The notes under the pieces were generated by a model. The model searched no databases. It had not been told where the DNA came from and saw nothing but the letters and a program-made list of their open reading frames with translations. A DNA stretch of 64,000 nt from Alloascoidea hylecoeti (Eukaryota), in assembly GCA_001600815.1 (NCBI GenBank), contig BCKZ01000017.1:225720-289719 (forward strand), read 5' to 3'. The position numbers were made by a program, and so were the translations under genes. Position 1 is the first letter of the stretch. The number at the start of each line of letters is the position of its first letter. Below, one piece after another: positions 58,801 through 64,000 of the stretch.

Positions 58801-59808
58801 TCACTTATTTTACTTAGAGAAACAAATGAATTATCTATTGATGGTAAAGAAACATTATTACGTTTTTACTTCTTAAACATTACATTAGGTAAAATTATTA
58901 CTGCTGTTCGAGAACGTGAGAAATTGATGGAAGATGACGATCATGATTCCAAAACATCAACAACACTTACGCCTCTTCGTTCTGACTCTTTGGTAGGAGA
59001 AGATGTAATGATGCTGGCGCCTTCTCAATCAACCAGGGATAAACGAAAAGCTGCACCTATTTTCCCAGAACCTTTCCCAAATACATTGGTGCATTTCATT
59101 GCAGGAAGTCCAAAGTCTGATGAATATCAATCAAATAAACATGATGATTCAGATATTGTTTCCGTTCAATCATTGGAAGATGGATCCATACATATTTGGA
59201 AATCATCAGAAGCGGGAAAACATGCAAAACAAGCCAAAGAACAGGAGATTGAAGAAGGTAATATTCATAAATTAGGAACAACTTATATTAAAAATACATT
59301 AAAAAGAGAGGTTTCAGGTGCTGATTTAACAAAATTGTTGAATAACACTGAAAATATGGAATCTGTTGACCCGTTGGCTCAAGATATTTCATCTGATCAA
59401 GATCAAGAAATGTTATCTCAATCATCAATATCCGAAGTAGAAACATGCCCAAGTAGTGTTGTTGCACCATCAAACCATATGAACCTAGCCCATTTATCTG
59501 GTGATGATATTAAAAAGCTGTTATTAAATACAAGAGGTTTAACAGAAGTAGCCGAAATGCTCGAACAGTTAAAATCAGATGGTGTTGAAGTAAAAGATCT
59601 TTTTAGAGTTGATCAGAATCAAAATAAAAACGATGAATTAACATCTCCAATAACAGAATCTTCGAGTGACAATGAAATTGACGATAAGAAAAGTAGAACA
59701 ACAGACCAACCAGATGTATCCACTGATGGTAATAAAAATAATGAAAAGGTCATTGATGAAGCATATGATATACTAATAGATGATATGACAAATAATCTTT
59801 ATTTATAA
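55816..59808 (+). CDS. GIP3: Glc7-interacting RNI-like LRR protein (Gip3/Her1/Mhp1 family)
   Basis: HVSF (RVxF-like), DDPPQQIPSRTPKKGNV, IYTRCCHLREILPI, RNI-type LRRs and LSIDGKETLLRF. Confidence 0.8.
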   Translation: MSGRRSSVQSEKSDEETSWLYRTDSIPLSLVRTRSRTAQQNVNQNRIGLIQEEDPKPPTTPGDSSSSSTLDLDSKNDSKNTLVGGKPGAVSQQDGTNLVKTQDMPSPVPASTPSTPSSKKEAPPSTAASAAKPKKQKRNLFKSFSSKFSRKSSTGNLTSQNDDNVHDNHQNDLSLRRVATTSNINRTTSSDHDLFEPLKRITSYSVSNSLSRHDRDKDNSDKESEANLKPHSKLKDDTHINNSSITTGTTDGTDNHNSNGSSLPSSPTLGPKKEGFLHFGRKKINHTRPATVTNTPRHFPQLEEQKEKKHEKIVFCKNTTRATCSIKELQNIKPLQHVSFVVDIFDDDPPQQIPSRTPKKGNVEITSKGCIVHKVDAKGLEIHYLIPKTDPSVPYITVPDMSPPSEALKRKFSLRGDIDKPSDDLKPHKVIDDNTDADAAQRHGIAVSAAAAAAEARVKSQLNEQDDEQQHLQENENKDESENENEKPSLEIDTTNNKKEHPNLDLIYTRCCHLREILPINATLKQIKSYTQTPIPLLKLRNTRPSMIEILTFSDFISIVPILNISLDDVSLSSEMLRILLSSLVYSKALNKLSLRNVVFDDEGWDYLCWFLSINKSLERLDLSQVPSDEVIARRLTIREAEDHPDPKKNTSSPPIKRMRADDFSRSDMNWKLFVSVLESRTIGLQELLINGCQILKTEDFKDLLNRGCPNGVKRLGLSNNELSYDQCVELSNWLAKDEVDILGLDLGFNDFSGENLEPLIKTFRKVNESTVVKNSQGSGMIRDLSHHGLDGLKFISLTGTNLNFTKSFIEYFHLLSRLPSLVFLDLSFNPDLFPEIIPTFISFLPQFKQLRRIHFDYNELHSTTITALADVLPLCPKLAHVSFLGNYNMDKKSSAALIAAIKASTSIVTVEIETKNVPPSFLETMNFFCIRNMENFVYNAPGATNDVEDGINDENKDQLTSEFSKLIENPDSLSDAKFVEKALLIQSTLKSTMRSLILLRETNELSIDGKETLLRFYFLNITLGKIITAVREREKLMEDDDHDSKTSTTLTPLRSDSLVGEDVMMLAPSQSTRDKRKAAPIFPEPFPNTLVHFIAGSPKSDEYQSNKHDDSDIVSVQSLEDGSIHIWKSSEAGKHAKQAKEQEIEEGNIHKLGTTYIKNTLKREVSGADLTKLLNNTENMESVDPLAQDISSDQDQEMLSQSSISEVETCPSSVVAPSNHMNLAHLSGDDIKKLLLNTRGLTEVAEMLEQLKSDGVEVKDLFRVDQNQNKNDELTSPITESSSDNEIDDKKSRTTDQPDVSTDGNKNNEKVIDEAYDILIDDMTNNLYL

Positions 59809-60114
59809 ACAACAATTGAACAAAATATATATATATCCTGTATATTTTTTTTTTTTTCCTTTTTTTTTTTTTTCTCATAATATATTCAAATTCATTAATT
59901 TCAACTTTGAACGAACTTTTAATTTTAGACTCTCATTAATATTCTTTTTTCTATCTTATTACAATTTTATTTTCTATTTTTTACTTTTTATTTTTTTATT
60001 TTTTTTCATAACATATAATAAGCATTTTTGGAATACAAAACATCAATATATAATAAAAATATACAATTATTTAAAGTAATAATCATTGAAAACAAAAACT
60101 TAAAAAAAAAGTAA

Positions 60115-60212
60115 GAGCTCATCACTTAGAGTTCATATTAAAATTTAAGATGTATGGGTGTTTCTTCAACTGTATGAAAAAAAAAAAAATTTATATAATG
60201 AATAAATTTTCA
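60115..60212 (+). promoter_or_regulatory. Ribosome-biogenesis promoter elements (PAC and RRPE) upstream of SOF1
   Basis: GAGCTCATC (reverse GATGAG, PAC) at ~60115-60123; TGA(n)TTT at ~60175-60192 and AAATTTTCA at ~60204-60212 (RRPE-like). Confidence 0.65.
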
Positions 60213-60239
60213 CTCCTAATATAAGAGTTCAACATTAAA

Positions 60240-61652
60240 ATGGTATGTATTTTCTTCAGATTAACATCTTGCAATCATTTATTTTGACTACTAACCATCT
60301 ACCTAATGATTTAGAAAATAAAAACAGTTAGTCGATCGTCGGATACTTATCTACCCGTGAGAAACACACAAGAATCGGTGATTCCAAGAAACTTGGATCC
60401 TTCTTTGCACCCGTTGGAAAGAGCCCGTGAATACACAGCAGCATTAAATGCAACGAAGCTTGAGCGGATGTTTGCTCAACCATTTGTGGGACAATTGGGT
60501 AAAGGTACAGATGGTGTTTATTCAATAGCAAAAAATTTACATGTACTGAATAAAGTAGCTAGTGGTTCAGGAGATGGCAAAATTACATACTGGGATTTAA
60601 CTTCTAGAGATCAAGTTTCAAGTTTTAAAGCACATGATGGGATTGTTCACGGATTAACCGTGACACCAACTGGTCATATGTTAAGTTGTGGTGCTGATAG
60701 AACAGTTAAACTGTGGGAACCTGAAAATGAAAAAAAGTTAGTTAAGACTTATTTGGGAGAGTTTGGATTTGTTTCTGTTGATCATCATAGAACTGATAAT
60801 GTTTTTGCAACAGGAGGAGCTAAAATTCAATTATGGAATTTAGAAAGAAATAAACCAGTTTATGATTTATCATGGGGAGCTGATAATGTAAGTTGTGTTC
60901 GATTTAATCAAACAGAAACTTCAGTTTTAGCATCAGCAGGAAGTGATAGATCAATCATATTATACGATATTAGAACGCATTCACCAATTCAGAAGTTAGT
61001 TACCACAATGAGTACAAATTCCATCTGTTGGAATCCAATGGAAGCATTCAATTTTGCAGCCGCTAATGAAGATCACAATACATACTACTATGATATGCGA
61101 AAATTAGACAGATCATTGAATGTTTGGAAAGGGCATGTTGCTGCAGTTCTCGATGTTGACTTTTCCCCAACTGGTAAAGAAGTAGTAACAGGAAGTTATG
61201 ATAAGAGCATACGAATCTTTGATGTGACACATGGACAAGCGAGAGATATTTATCACACTAAACGAATGCAACGTGTTTTCATAAGCAAATTCACAATGGA
61301 TAGTAAATACATATTAAGCGGTTCAGATGACGGTAATATTCGAGTATGGCGGTCCGTTGCTTCTGATAGATCTAGAATATTGTCAGCACGACAAAGATCG
61401 AAACAAGAATATGGCAACACTCTGAAACAGCGATACAAACACATGCCTGATATTAAGAAGATTGCCAGACACAGACATTTGCCTCATGTTGTTAAGAAGG
61501 CAGCTGAGATCAAAAGAATTGGAACTGAGAGTATGCAACGGAAAGAGCGTAACGTTCGTAGGACAAAGAAGAACCAGGACCTGCCCTATCAAAGCGAAAA
61601 GGCCAAACACATCATTGGGACTGCGATTAAATATAAAGATACAAAGGATTAA
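60240..61652 (+). CDS. SOF1: U3 snoRNP WD40 protein Sof1 (DCAF13); exons 60240-60242, 60315-61652
   Basis: ATG followed immediately by an intron (GTATGT..TACTAAC..TAG, 60243-60314) gives MKIKTVSRS...RNLDPSLHPLERAREYTAALNATKLERMFAQPF...YHTKRMQRVF...IARHRHLP. Confidence 0.97.
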
Positions 61653-61881
61653 TTACATTACACTAGTATGGTTTGATTTGTAATATAAATAGATATAGCC
61701 TTGTGACGTAACGGCATTTAGCTTTGTAGCCAACAGGCAGTACATCCAGTCATGCCAGCGTACTTTACAGTACCCCATGCATGGGTGTTGGCTTACTGGC
61801 GCCTTTGAAGAGACATAAAAAACCCTTCTTCCCAGTACAATAATATATTTTCATTCTTTTACGATCACCAAACCTGTCGGG

Positions 61882-63565
<1,684 letters not shown>

Positions 63566-64000
63566 CAAACATAGATAAATAATCATGTTGCAATATGGAT
63601 ATTATATAACTTATTATCATCCCTCCTTTTTCTACTATCTTTACTTAATCAACATTCACATTTTACATTTGACTTAATTAGCACTGTTTAAATTTGTTCA
63701 TTTTTTAAGTTTTTTAATTGAGACATTTTGATGGATGGCTTGTATGAGCACGTTCATTCATTGTAGCAAAAAGAGTAGCATTAATGGTTATTTGTAGAGT
63801 AAGAGGTGGTCACCTGATGTTATGCATGCAGACTTCTCTGATCTCCAACAATGAGAGCTGCCGAAGTTTTATTAGTGTTTTACTTTTTCTATAAACCAGG
63901 ATTCTGTACCAAGTATTTAAGGGTTTCAATTCGCTGGCATTCTCTATTTTATATATAATCATTTCATTCCTTTGTGGTTTTATTTCAATCAATCTATGAT

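Noticed and set aside
63810..63992. 60-aa minus-strand ORF at the window edge
   Set aside because: No recognisable motif and no ATG start in view; it cannot be distinguished from a chance frame.

Overview
AT-rich eukaryotic (ascomycete yeast) chromosomal DNA. It holds about 22 protein-coding genes and 21 short spliceosomal introns that I could place by donor, branch site, acceptor and reading-frame continuity. A complex I assembly factor (NDUFAF5), the many introns and CTG codons at conserved Leu positions suggest an early-diverging budding yeast using the standard code (inference). Most genes are housekeeping: an importin-beta, TVP18, RPL18, PAC10, VPS38-like, LST7, NUD1-like, aminopeptidase P, CIN1, NDUFAF5, STU1, MRPL3, an F-box/WD40 protein, IZH3, GIP3-like, SOF1 and SLT2. 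Three accessory structures stand out. (1) An aldo-keto reductase lies between the intact 3' end of the VPS38-like gene and a decayed, diverged second copy of that 3' end, which looks like an integration that supplied a replacement gene end. (2) An internally deleted Ty3/gypsy-like element keeps its 5' LTR, a tRNA-Pro-like primer site, an uninterrupted gag-protease ORF and only the last 20 bp of a second LTR. (3) Two diverged inverted copies of a ~650-740 bp repeat, each with a 39-bp/13-aa internal unit, bracket the aminopeptidase P gene. I found no tRNA, rRNA or CRISPR features.
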